From assembly GCA_046597875.1 (NCBI GenBank), contig JBKJJL010000224.1, forward strand, positions 1 to 60,266: 60,266 nt of DNA. Direction: 5' to 3'. This DNA is from Fimbriimonadaceae bacterium (GTDB lineage Bacteria > Armatimonadota > Fimbriimonadia > Fimbriimonadales > Fimbriimonadaceae). Position 1 is the first letter of the stretch; each line of letters starts with the position of its first letter. Of this stretch, positions 46,022 to 53,501 are shown in pieces. The translations under genes and the position numbers were made by a program. The notes beneath the pieces were generated by a model. It had not been told where the DNA came from, did not search any database, and worked only from the letters and a program-made list of their open reading frames with translations.

Positions 46022-46077
46022 CGCTCCTCATCATAGCAAATGTTGCGCTCAAATGCCAAGTGACCTTGCCACTACGC

Positions 46078-47181
46078 TCATAACACCGGTCTGCCTGCCT
46101 GCCCTGGAGGAGGGGCGAAGCATGACCACTCGACGGATGGAACAAGCTCACGCAAACGAATAGCGAGAACCTCGCACCCCGGATGCTCGGTGGCATAATG
46201 GCCAGCCGCGACTATTGCGATCCCGGTCTCGGACGCTTCCAGCGCGACATGCTGTCGAACCTCGCCGGTTATGTACACGTCCGCGCCGAGGCGCTGCGCC
46301 GTCTCCCATTCTCCATCTGCAGCACCCCCAACGAGGGCGACAGTCGAGATCATGCGCTGGGGATCGCCCCATGCCCAAGATCTCGTTTGCAGTCTTCCGT
46401 CAACTTGCTCAACCCATTCGGCTAGCGAAACCGGGGTGGCGAGTCGACCGATGCGGCCGCAGGGTTGTTCAGGATTGTCAGGCATGGAGTAGAAGTCGTA
46501 CGCGGCTTCTTCGTAAGGGTGAGCTTCCCGCACTGCCGTCTCAACTGCGGGTCTCAGGGAAGCGCGGAGAATCATTTCGATCCGTACTTCGGGCACTCGC
46601 TTGACTTGCCCTGCCTTACCGACTGAAGGATTGGCGAACTCGTTGCCAAGAAACGATCCCGTACCCTCCGATGAGAACGAACATCGGGAGTAGTTGCCGA
46701 TTACTCCGGCCCCAGCCTTTGCGGCAGCATCGATGATTGCTTCCGCAGCTTCAGGAGGAGCAAACACCACCAGTTTGAGCATCTGCACGAGAGCAGCGGG
46801 CCCGAACGATGTCACGTCAGCGAGACCAAGCTTCGCTGCGAGAGCGTCGTTGATTCCTCCGATCGCCGAGTCCCAGTTCGTGTGAGCGGCGGCGAAGGCG
46901 ATCCTGTTTTCGGCGAGCTTAAGGATCGTTTGCCCGACGTGGTCCTGGGTTGTGACCGTGCCGACCGGCTCAAAGATGAGCGGATGATGCGACACGAGGA
47001 TCTGCGCGCCCTGAGCAATAGACTCTTCAACCGCGGCAAGAGAGCGATCCAACGACACCACGCCCCGCGTAACCGGGGCACCAGGGTCACCGACTTGGAG
47101 GCCAACTTTGTCGAACGGAAATGCAAAGCGAGTGGGAGCCAACACCTCAAGGGCGGCAATCACATCGGAAACCGTAGCCAT
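46078..47181 (-). CDS. Nif3-like dinuclear metal centre protein (GTP cyclohydrolase 1 type 2 homologue)
   Basis: Start at MATVSDVIAALEVLAP; the track start at 47208 would abut the tRNA. Motifs DKVGLQVG, LVSHHPLIF and AAHTNWD. Confidence 0.85.
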   Translation of the reverse strand: MATVSDVIAALEVLAPTRFAFPFDKVGLQVGDPGAPVTRGVVSLDRSLAAVEESIAQGAQILVSHHPLIFEPVGTVTTQDHVGQTILKLAENRIAFAAAHTNWDSAIGGINDALAAKLGLADVTSFGPAALVQMLKLVVFAPPEAAEAIIDAAAKAGAGVIGNYSRCSFSSEGTGSFLGNEFANPSVGKAGQVKRVPEVRIEMILRASLRPAVETAVREAHPYEEAAYDFYSMPDNPEQPCGRIGRLATPVSLAEWVEQVDGRLQTRSWAWGDPQRMISTVALVGGAADGEWETAQRLGADVYITGEVRQHVALEASETGIAIVAAGHYATEHPGCEVLAIRLRELVPSVEWSCFAPPPGQAGRPVL

Positions 47182-47208
47182 GCGAACAGTTTGGCTGAAA
47201 GGCAACAT

Positions 47209-47284
47209 TGGTAGCCCGGACGGGACTCGAACCCGCGATCTCCGCCGTGAAAGGGCGGCATCCTAACCGCTAGACGACCGGGCC
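47209..47284 (-). tRNA. tRNA-Glu (anticodon UUC), CCA encoded
   Basis: The reverse complement GGCCCGGTCGTCTAGCGGTTAGGATGCCGCCCTTTCACGGCGGAGATCGCGGGTTCGAGTCCCGTCCGGGCTACCA folds as a cloverleaf. Anticodon loop is CUUUCAC, T-loop is GGTTCGAGTCC, length 76 nt. Confidence 0.92.
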
Positions 47285-47459
47285 AAATGAAGCCGCCAGT
47301 GTACCTTTTTGCTGAAAATCGGGCCAACTCAGGGCCTGGCTATTCTTGCAAGTTCCTGACATCTTCGACACGCTTCTTATTCCAACCTGGAATACCAAGT
47401 GGTCATTTCTAACGGAGAGTCTTCGGAGGGCCGCCCCGCCCTCTGAAAAGGAGAAAACT

Positions 47460-48026
47460 ATGAAAGCAAACCTAACATTTGTCCTGCTGCCGGTGCTGGC
47501 GATGTCCCTGACCCATGCAGCTCCGACGCCTCCGAAAAATGATCACCGTCACGATGGCATGAATGTCATTTCAAAGCTCAACAGTTCGGATGCCGTATTT
47601 CTCAAAAAGGCGATGGCTATCCATTTGGCCGCGATCAAGCTGGGAGAATACGCTTCCGCTAACGCTTCTGACGCTAAGGTCAAGGAGTTTGGCTCGATGA
47701 TGGTCAAGGAGCATGAACAAGGCTTAGCCGACCTGAGGCTTCTCGCTATCGCGAAGAACCACCGCTTGCCAAAGAGATTGGACATGGACCACCAAAATCT
47801 TTGGAATGAGCTCAGCGACCTTCAAGGAACGTCCTTTGACGCAAGATTTAAGGAAGAAATGTTGACTGGACACCAGAAGGCGCTCTTGCTTTTTGAACGA
47901 GCTGCTCAGTTTGGCGAAGACGCTGAAGTACGGAAGTACGCAAAGAAGTATATTCCGGCGATCAAGGAGCATTTAGACACGCTCAAGACACATTCACGTG
48001 TTGATGACGTTCTCTGCTTGCTCTAG
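47460..48026 (+). CDS. DUF4142 domain-containing secreted protein
   Basis: ATG at 47460 has AAAAGGAG upstream. Signal peptide MKANLTFVLLPVLAMSLTHA. Motifs SDAVFLKKAMAIHLAAIKLGEYA...VKEFGSMMVKEHEQ. Confidence 0.8.
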   Translation: MKANLTFVLLPVLAMSLTHAAPTPPKNDHRHDGMNVISKLNSSDAVFLKKAMAIHLAAIKLGEYASANASDAKVKEFGSMMVKEHEQGLADLRLLAIAKNHRLPKRLDMDHQNLWNELSDLQGTSFDARFKEEMLTGHQKALLLFERAAQFGEDAEVRKYAKKYIPAIKEHLDTLKTHSRVDDVLCLL

Positions 48027-48812
48027 GAGCTCCCGATAGTGTGGGCTTTTGCGGCATAAGGACACAAAGTCGCAAGTTGCACAAAGCCTCTTAGGTACTG
48101 GGTGAAACTCGTCCCAATGATGATTGCGGATCGCTTCACCCAGTTCCCTGACTGAGAACTCGAACTCATCGAGGCCCTCATCAGTCCAATCGAAATGCGC
48201 TGTTTCCTTGCTCTGGAGCGCATGAATCGTCGCGCGGATTTGATGACCCGGAAACAAATCGCGCACCATGAGAGCGTAGCTTGACATCGCGACATCATTC
48301 GCAACTTCCTCCGCTAAGATTCCTGCTCTCGAAGATTTGTAATCGACGATGTTGACAACCGGCGTTTCGATGGAGTCGATCAGGTCAATTCGGTCGGCCC
48401 TTCCGATGAGATCCCACTCCCCCATCGACTTGCGAAGGCTCTTTTCGATGAAGAGCACTCGAACCCCCAAATCCACGCCTTCAGAACGTGATTCCTCAAG
48501 ATCGTCCGCGATCCCTCCTAAAATCGCCTTTGCTTCCCCAAAGGCTGCTTGCATCTCGTCCGCGCTGCCATAGCCGGATTGAATCCAGTTCTCGTCCAGC
48601 GCGCCAAGGAGGGCCTCCCGGACATCGACGCCGGCCCCCGCATTGCGATGGAAGGTCTCCAAAGCCCGGTGCAAGGACAGTCCGAACGAAAAGTAGCTGT
48701 GCGATTTCAAGAACCACTGCCCGTGCGCGCTCTCGTAGGTCCAGTAGTACTTGTGGGGGCATGCCAAATAGCAGGTGAGTTTGCTCGGGCTCAGAGTAGG
48801 ACGGCGTGCCAC
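47994..48812 (-). CDS. PD-(D/E)XK nuclease family protein (RecB/Cas4-like, with 4-Cys cluster)
   Basis: N-terminal LSPSKLTCYLACPHKYYW, core GRADRIDLI...IVDYKS, and C-terminal CATCDFVSLC (Cx..CxxCx5C Fe-S pattern). Confidence 0.7.
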   Translation of the reverse strand: MARRPTLSPSKLTCYLACPHKYYWTYESAHGQWFLKSHSYFSFGLSLHRALETFHRNAGAGVDVREALLGALDENWIQSGYGSADEMQAAFGEAKAILGGIADDLEESRSEGVDLGVRVLFIEKSLRKSMGEWDLIGRADRIDLIDSIETPVVNIVDYKSSRAGILAEEVANDVAMSSYALMVRDLFPGHQIRATIHALQSKETAHFDWTDEGLDEFEFSVRELGEAIRNHHWDEFHPVPKRLCATCDFVSLCRKSPHYRELLEQAENVINT

Positions 48813-48949
48813 CCTCGCATTTTACGCGGCTGCAAGTATTACTGGTTTGCTGTGCCCATATCGGGATATGGCCCGAGAGGTGCAGTGACGCTACATGATT
48901 CGGAGGAAATATCATCAAGCGCATTCTAATAATCTCTGGCCTTGCAACG

Positions 48950-49441
48950 TTGGTCGCGGTCTCCACCGCCCAATCACGCAGTTCATTTTCGGTCCCTTCT
49001 TCGTTGACCGGTATCACCATCACGAAGAACAGCTCCTTGAACTTCAGCGTCGCCCTAGCGGGTAACGCTCAGATGTTCTACCAGGGCATGAACTATCAGA
49101 TCCAAGACCTCTTCGGAATCTGGCTGTTGGACAACAATGGCGATCTGCAAACGACGGGCAACAACCTAGGTTCCTGGAAATACCACGAGAACTATTCCGG
49201 GCAAGGCGGTATCGGCGGATTCAAGGCAACTCCCAACACCGGTATCCAAGCCGGCGGCGCCCAAAACTTCTCGTTCACGAGCGTGACCGGTATGAACGAA
49301 GCCTATGGGGTCCACATCCGCCTCAGGGATAGCGACACTGTCTATGTTGAAGTGCCGCTCGAACCTGTACCCGAGCCTGCCACCATGGCCGTTCTCGGCC
49401 TTGGCGTTGCAGCAATGCTTCGCAGACGCAAGAAGGCTTAA
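48950..49441 (+). CDS. PEP-CTERM sorting domain-containing secreted protein
   Basis: C-terminal VPEPATMAVLGLGVAAMLRRRKKA. The track start is TTG at 48950, but the frame stays open upstream and encodes the missing signal n-region (IIKRILIISGLATL) after GGAGG, so the true start is probably ~48911-48914 (non-ATG). Confidence 0.75.
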   Translation: MVAVSTAQSRSSFSVPSSLTGITITKNSSLNFSVALAGNAQMFYQGMNYQIQDLFGIWLLDNNGDLQTTGNNLGSWKYHENYSGQGGIGGFKATPNTGIQAGGAQNFSFTSVTGMNEAYGVHIRLRDSDTVYVEVPLEPVPEPATMAVLGLGVAAMLRRRKKA

Positions 49442-49456
49442 CCACTTCCGGGTCGC

Positions 49457-50560
49457 ATGACCAAAGAGCCGATCCGGAACTCCCGGGTCGGCTTTTCTTT
49501 TGCTCCGCTGGTAGACTCCCATACCGTGCCCAAAGGTGAATACCTCCAGTACGGTGGCCAGGCCATCATCGAAGGCGTGATGATGCGCACGCCGCGTTTC
49601 TTCGCCATATCCTGCCGTGCGCCAAACGGCGAAATCGTCACGACGACGGAGGCGATCGAGAAGACCTGGATCGGCCGCCAGAACTGGCTCAAACTTCCAT
49701 TCTTACGGGGATCTCTTGCCCTTCTGGACTCTATGGCGCTCGGAATTCGGTCCATGAAGTTTGCGTCGAGCGTTCAGCTTGACCAGAGATACCAGAAAGA
49801 GGAAGACAAAGTTGAGGCGGGAAAGGCCCCTTCTCAAAAGGTGCAAGATCTCGCGATTGCGGGGACGATGGTGTTTGCGCTCGTCTTCGGAATCGTGCTG
49901 TTCAATCTCCTGCCAAACTTGATTTCCGCCACGCTGTCGAAGCGGATGAACGTCACGAGCGATTCGGCGATCAACTTTACAACCGAAATCATCAAGGCGG
50001 TCTTCTTTCTAGGCTACATCTACTTGATCAGCCGATTGCCGGATATCCAGCGCGTGTTCCAGTATCACGGGGCCGAACACAAAGCAATCAACACGCTTGA
50101 GGCCGAGCAGGAACTGACGATGGAAAACTGTCAGGCGCAAACTCGCTTACATCCGCGTTGTGGAACCAGTTTTGCGATCGTCGTCCTCATCGTCAGCATT
50201 ATCTGCTTCACTCCGCTTCCCAGACCGACCGGTGTTAATCCCGTCATGGTTGGCTTCCTGAGATTCTTGATCGAGATTCCTTTGATGCTTATCATTGCAG
50301 GAATCAGCTATGAACTCATCCGCTTTGCCGGCAAGTTTCGCAGCTCTTCGCTCGTTATGGCGCTCTTCTTTCCGGGCTTGATGACGCAATACCTAACAAC
50401 GTCGGAGCCGGATGAGAGCCAAATCGAAGTTGCCCTGACCGCTCTAAAGGCTTGCATCGCCGCGGAGGAAGCAAGCAAAGCGGAAAAGGATCCAGAGCCT
50501 CTCATCGCTTTGGACGTTTCCGATCCCGTGGAAACGCCACACGCGTCAGAGCCGTCATAG
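49457..50560 (+). CDS. DUF1385 domain-containing membrane protein
   Basis: YGGQAIIEGVMMR, YHGAEHKAIN and several TM helices. Confidence 0.85.
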   Translation: MTKEPIRNSRVGFSFAPLVDSHTVPKGEYLQYGGQAIIEGVMMRTPRFFAISCRAPNGEIVTTTEAIEKTWIGRQNWLKLPFLRGSLALLDSMALGIRSMKFASSVQLDQRYQKEEDKVEAGKAPSQKVQDLAIAGTMVFALVFGIVLFNLLPNLISATLSKRMNVTSDSAINFTTEIIKAVFFLGYIYLISRLPDIQRVFQYHGAEHKAINTLEAEQELTMENCQAQTRLHPRCGTSFAIVVLIVSIICFTPLPRPTGVNPVMVGFLRFLIEIPLMLIIAGISYELIRFAGKFRSSSLVMALFFPGLMTQYLTTSEPDESQIEVALTALKACIAAEEASKAEKDPEPLIALDVSDPVETPHASEPS

Positions 50561-50565
50561 AAAGC

Positions 50566-51213
50566 ATGATTGCTGCTAGCATCTTTCTGCTTGCTTTTCA
50601 GTCCGGCATTTCGCTGAGCTTTCCTACCGGTGGCGAACTCGTGTATCGCGAAAGCTGGCGCATTACCGAGTCGGATGAGCAGAAAATGGTTTCTGCAGAC
50701 GCGGATCGCATCGTTCGAATGCGCGTAAAGGAAACGACCCGTGGGCGCACTCGTTTCGAAGTTAGCTTTGAGGATCTCAACGTTCGCAGCAGCGACAAGG
50801 GCCTCATTGACGATCTTCGCGGTTGGCTGGAGCAGAGTAACCGCGATCAGTGGGTCAACGACCGCGGCTACGTCGAGCGGAAAGGCGACGATATCCAGGG
50901 AAAACGTCCTTTCTTTGGCCTTGTCTTGCCGCCCCCTGCGGGAACTTTCCCCGAGGTTTGGAAGGCGAAGCTCCTTCCGCCGATCGGCTCGGACCGGGCG
51001 ACTGAGTTCGAGTTTCGAGTCGAGAGTGGCCAAAGCGACCTGCCGATTCTCGTGTCGGCGAAAGATAAATTCGGGGAGACGAAACTTGATTTAGCTGGAA
51101 GGTTGACTTTGTCGCTCAATGGCGACCTCGTCAACGGGGACCTCACCACGACGATTGTCGATTCCGACGCGAAGACGACGACGGTCATCGAATACCGCTT
51201 CCAAAAGCGATGA
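50566..51213 (+). CDS. hypothetical secreted protein
   Basis: Start at MIAASIFLLAFQSGISLSF, 6 nt after the DUF1385 stop. Beta-rich. No family recognised. Confidence 0.5.
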   Translation: MIAASIFLLAFQSGISLSFPTGGELVYRESWRITESDEQKMVSADADRIVRMRVKETTRGRTRFEVSFEDLNVRSSDKGLIDDLRGWLEQSNRDQWVNDRGYVERKGDDIQGKRPFFGLVLPPPAGTFPEVWKAKLLPPIGSDRATEFEFRVESGQSDLPILVSAKDKFGETKLDLAGRLTLSLNGDLVNGDLTTTIVDSDAKTTTVIEYRFQKR

Positions 51214-52043
51214 AGGGATTTTTGATTTTGCGCGTGTTTGCGCTCGCGGCCTTCGTTAGCCTTGGAGGTCGAAGCTTCTCGGAACCGATCCAAGATCTGC
51301 CGCGCGGGACTGAAATCAAGCTCATCCTCATGAAAGAGCTCAACTCGGGCGGAAGCGTCATCCGTGAGGAGGTTCCGTTTATGGTGTCGGAGGACGTCAT
51401 CGTCAACGGGCGCGTGATTCTTCGCGAGGGAACCATCGCGACTGGCATTGTAAAGCAAGTGCGAAGGGAAGGGGCTCTGTCGGCCGTGCTCTTTGACAAG
51501 CCCGCTCGGCTCGCTGTCGAACTTGGTTCAACGTGGGATTCTCGGGGCCGGGCCATCCCGCTATTTGCCAAGCTGAATGGCAAAGATCGAAGGCTCTATC
51601 AGTTCAATCGCGTCAACACCAAGGTGCCTCAGCCGGATGACCGCGAAGCCCACAACGCCCTGAAGTCACCCCATAAGCGACGGGTGATGGAGATGCTCGT
51701 CGATACCCTCAAAGGTTCGAGATCCATTGCCGACATCAAAGATCGGTCGGAGCGGGCCACTATTATGGAGATTGCGCAAGGCCTGCGAATGCACAACGTG
51801 GCTGAGCTTCTGCTGAACAATCGAATCCTCGATCTCGCAACCCTGGGAGCCCAGTTCAACGCTCCCGGCTTGGCGTCGATCTTCGCCGCCCGCGCCGCGG
51901 TCGGGGCCTTGCAAATCACCTTCCGCGCGGCAAAAGAGGTCGCCCACATCGCGACGCACTTTCCGGGATTCCTTTCAAGGAAGTTCGGGGGAAGGAACAT
52001 TTCGGCCCCCCTTGGCCTGGAGATCAGCGCTTTCGCGGGATGA
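51210..52043 (+). CDS. hypothetical secreted protein
   Basis: ATGA overlap with the upstream gene. Signal peptide MKGFLILRVFALAAFVSLGG. No family recognised. Confidence 0.5.
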   Translation: MKGFLILRVFALAAFVSLGGRSFSEPIQDLPRGTEIKLILMKELNSGGSVIREEVPFMVSEDVIVNGRVILREGTIATGIVKQVRREGALSAVLFDKPARLAVELGSTWDSRGRAIPLFAKLNGKDRRLYQFNRVNTKVPQPDDREAHNALKSPHKRRVMEMLVDTLKGSRSIADIKDRSERATIMEIAQGLRMHNVAELLLNNRILDLATLGAQFNAPGLASIFAARAAVGALQITFRAAKEVAHIATHFPGFLSRKFGGRNISAPLGLEISAFAG

Positions 52044-52045
52044 GT

Positions 52046-52195
52046 CCTTCGGAACCCTCTCTCTTCCCAAGGGAGAGGGTCGCGGATGTTTGTGCCGCGG
52101 GGTGTGGGTTGGGTATTGGCTACCTTCGTTTCCGGTCTCGCGGAAGCTAGGCACGGCGAGAGCCAACCCACATCCCCAGCCCCTGCTCCCTCGGG
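52046..52195. repeat. ~150-bp composite palindromic (REP/MITE-like) element, intergenic copy
   Basis: Hairpin 1: ACCCTCTC-TCTTCCCAAGG-GAGAGGGT. Hairpin 2: GGGGTGTGGGTTGG-N49-CCAACCCACATCCCC (perfect 14/15-nt arms). It ends in CAGCCCCTGCTCCC and starts 3 nt after the stop codon. Confidence 0.8.
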
Positions 52196-52230
52196 TGTTT
52201 AGACCGGGGAGATGGTGAACACCTGTTCGA

Positions 52231-52440
52231 CTCTCAGGACGAATATTAGAGCACTCAGGATGAATATTAGAACTCTATTGTTAAATATGAGAGCTCTCAG
52301 GACGAACATAAGAGCCCTCAGGACGGGTGTGAGAGCTCTGAAGATGAGTTAGAGAGCTCTCAGAATGAATATTAAACCTCTAATGCTAAGTATGAGAGCT
52401 CTCAGGACCAGCAGGAGCGCTCTCAGGACGAGTATGAGAG
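52231..52440. repeat. 10 x 21-bp perfectly phased tandem array, consensus CTCTCAGGACGAATATGAGAG (dyad CTCTCA-N9-TGAGAG)
   Basis: Ten consecutive 21-nt units were read off with no indels. Unit junctions create the 12-bp palindrome TGAGAG|CTCTCA. No ORF of 60 aa or more on either strand. Confidence 0.85.
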
Positions 52441-52644
52441 GTGGTGTTTGAACTTGGAAGGGTCACTTTGGAGCCTTCCCGGCCTTGAGTAAGCATTGGC
52501 TTGCTAGCTTGTCTAGGTCAATATCGCTCTCTCTGTCAGAGCCCCAGCGGAAGTGCACAGAGGGGCTTTAGATCCTTGCCTGTACAGCTTAAAGGATGCC
52601 GCCGCTCAAGCCGTAACTTGCGCCTTGGGCCGTAGAATGTATCC

Positions 52645-53076
52645 GTGAAGCGGCGCAAGTGGTGGTTCATTGGGTTAGGCATCATGCTAATCGGCGCCTG
52701 CATCTGGGCTTGGAAGGCGACCGAGCGGCCACCGTACGCCTTCATGGAGGGTTCGCGGCTCTGGTTCGTGGGCGAAACGTGGAGTCCAAGCGACGACGTT
52801 CTAGTCGAATACACCAGCCGAAAACCATTCGAAGAGCTCGTAGATGCAGCCAATCGCGAGGTGCCCCGTCGTTGGGAGGTGACTCGCGACGAAAACGGGA
52901 GGCTCACCCGTGCGTACACTGCCGCGTTCGACTTGAACCTATCCCGCGCAGACTACCTCGATCGTTCGAGCTATCCCCCCATTCCAGAGGATGTCACGAC
53001 CATCATCACTATTGAGCGGCTAGCTACGCCGTTGGACCGAATCCGACTGTGGATCTACGGTTTACGTTGGAAGTGA
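52645..53076 (+). CDS. hypothetical membrane-anchored protein
   Basis: GTG start. MKRRKWWFIGLGIMLIGACIWAW (N-terminal anchor) plus a ~115-aa soluble domain. No family recognised. It sits between the two repeat arrays. Confidence 0.45.
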   Translation: MKRRKWWFIGLGIMLIGACIWAWKATERPPYAFMEGSRLWFVGETWSPSDDVLVEYTSRKPFEELVDAANREVPRRWEVTRDENGRLTRAYTAAFDLNLSRADYLDRSSYPPIPEDVTTIITIERLATPLDRIRLWIYGLRWK

Positions 53077-53187
53077 ATGAGGCCATGAAGCGGTGGATCA
53101 TTAGGCCTCTCGCTCCCCGCGCGTGCCATTGGGCAAGGAGAGGGCGTTGACGGGCAAAGGGGCGCGAAATGCCCTGGTTTGAACTAA

Positions 53188-53299
53188 GGGTCGCTCACTA
53201 AACCAATCAGGGGCGTCCCCAAACAAAAAGGGGGCCTCCCCATACCAACTGGTGACGTCCCCATTTGAAAAGAGGGAGGCGACCCCGAACCTAAATGAA
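53188..53299. repeat. about five tandem units of ~21-22 bp, each a G4-N3-C4 mini-palindrome plus an A-rich spacer
   Basis: GGGTCGCTCAC.., GGGGCGTCCCCAAACAAAAA, GGGGGCCTCCCCATACCAACT, GGTGACGTCCCCATTTGAAAAGA, GGGAGGCGACCCCGAACC.. with unit starts at 53188, 53210, 53230, 53251 and 53274. Confidence 0.6.
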
Positions 53300-53308
53300 G
53301 GCTGGGAG

Positions 53309-53490
53309 TTCCGGAACCCTCTCTCATCCCAAGGGAGAGGTTCGGACGACGTTCGGGGGGTGGGTTGGGTTTTGGCTAACCTTGCCTTCGAGAGCAAAGA
53401 CTCGGCGAAAGCCAACCCTCATCCCCCTGACCCCTTCTCCCTTGGGATGGGAGAAGGGGAGTTCCGGAAACCTCTTCCTTCCGCACGAGC
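53309..53490. repeat. composite palindromic (REP/MITE-like) element, full copy plus the start of a second
   Basis: TTCCGGAACCCTCTCTCATCCCAAGGGAGAGGTTCG ... GGGGGGTGGGTTGG-N~45-CCAACCCTCATCCCC ... CCCCTTCTCCCTTGGGATGGGAGAAGGGGA, then GTTCCGGAAACCTCTTCC restarts. Same orientation as the 52046 copy. Confidence 0.8.
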
Positions 53491-53501
53491 CATCGGTTCG
53501 G

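Noticed and set aside
47181-47460. A genomic island integrated at tRNA-Glu.
   Set aside because: No integrase is present, no direct repeat of the tRNA 3' end was noticed, and the flanking genes (Nif3-like, DUF4142) have ordinary composition.
52231-52440. The 21-bp array as a CRISPR array.
   Set aside because: The repeat core is only 12 bp and the 'spacers' are 9 bp and related to each other. There are no cas genes and no leader. It is a plain tandem repeat.
52212-52451. Calling the heptad-repeat frame (MVNTCS(TLRTNIRA)n...) through the array as a CDS.
   Set aside because: The frame is interrupted by an in-frame TAG at 52350. The putative GGGGAG RBS abuts the ATG with no spacing. The mirror frame on the other strand is equally open because of dyad symmetry. 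It is kept as an alternative hypothesis in the findings only.
52633-52647. A leaderless transcript for 52645..53076, with TAGAAT at 52633-52638 seven nt before the GTG.
   Set aside because: There is no convincing -35 element. A GTG start is atypical for leaderless mRNAs. This is speculation without TSS data.
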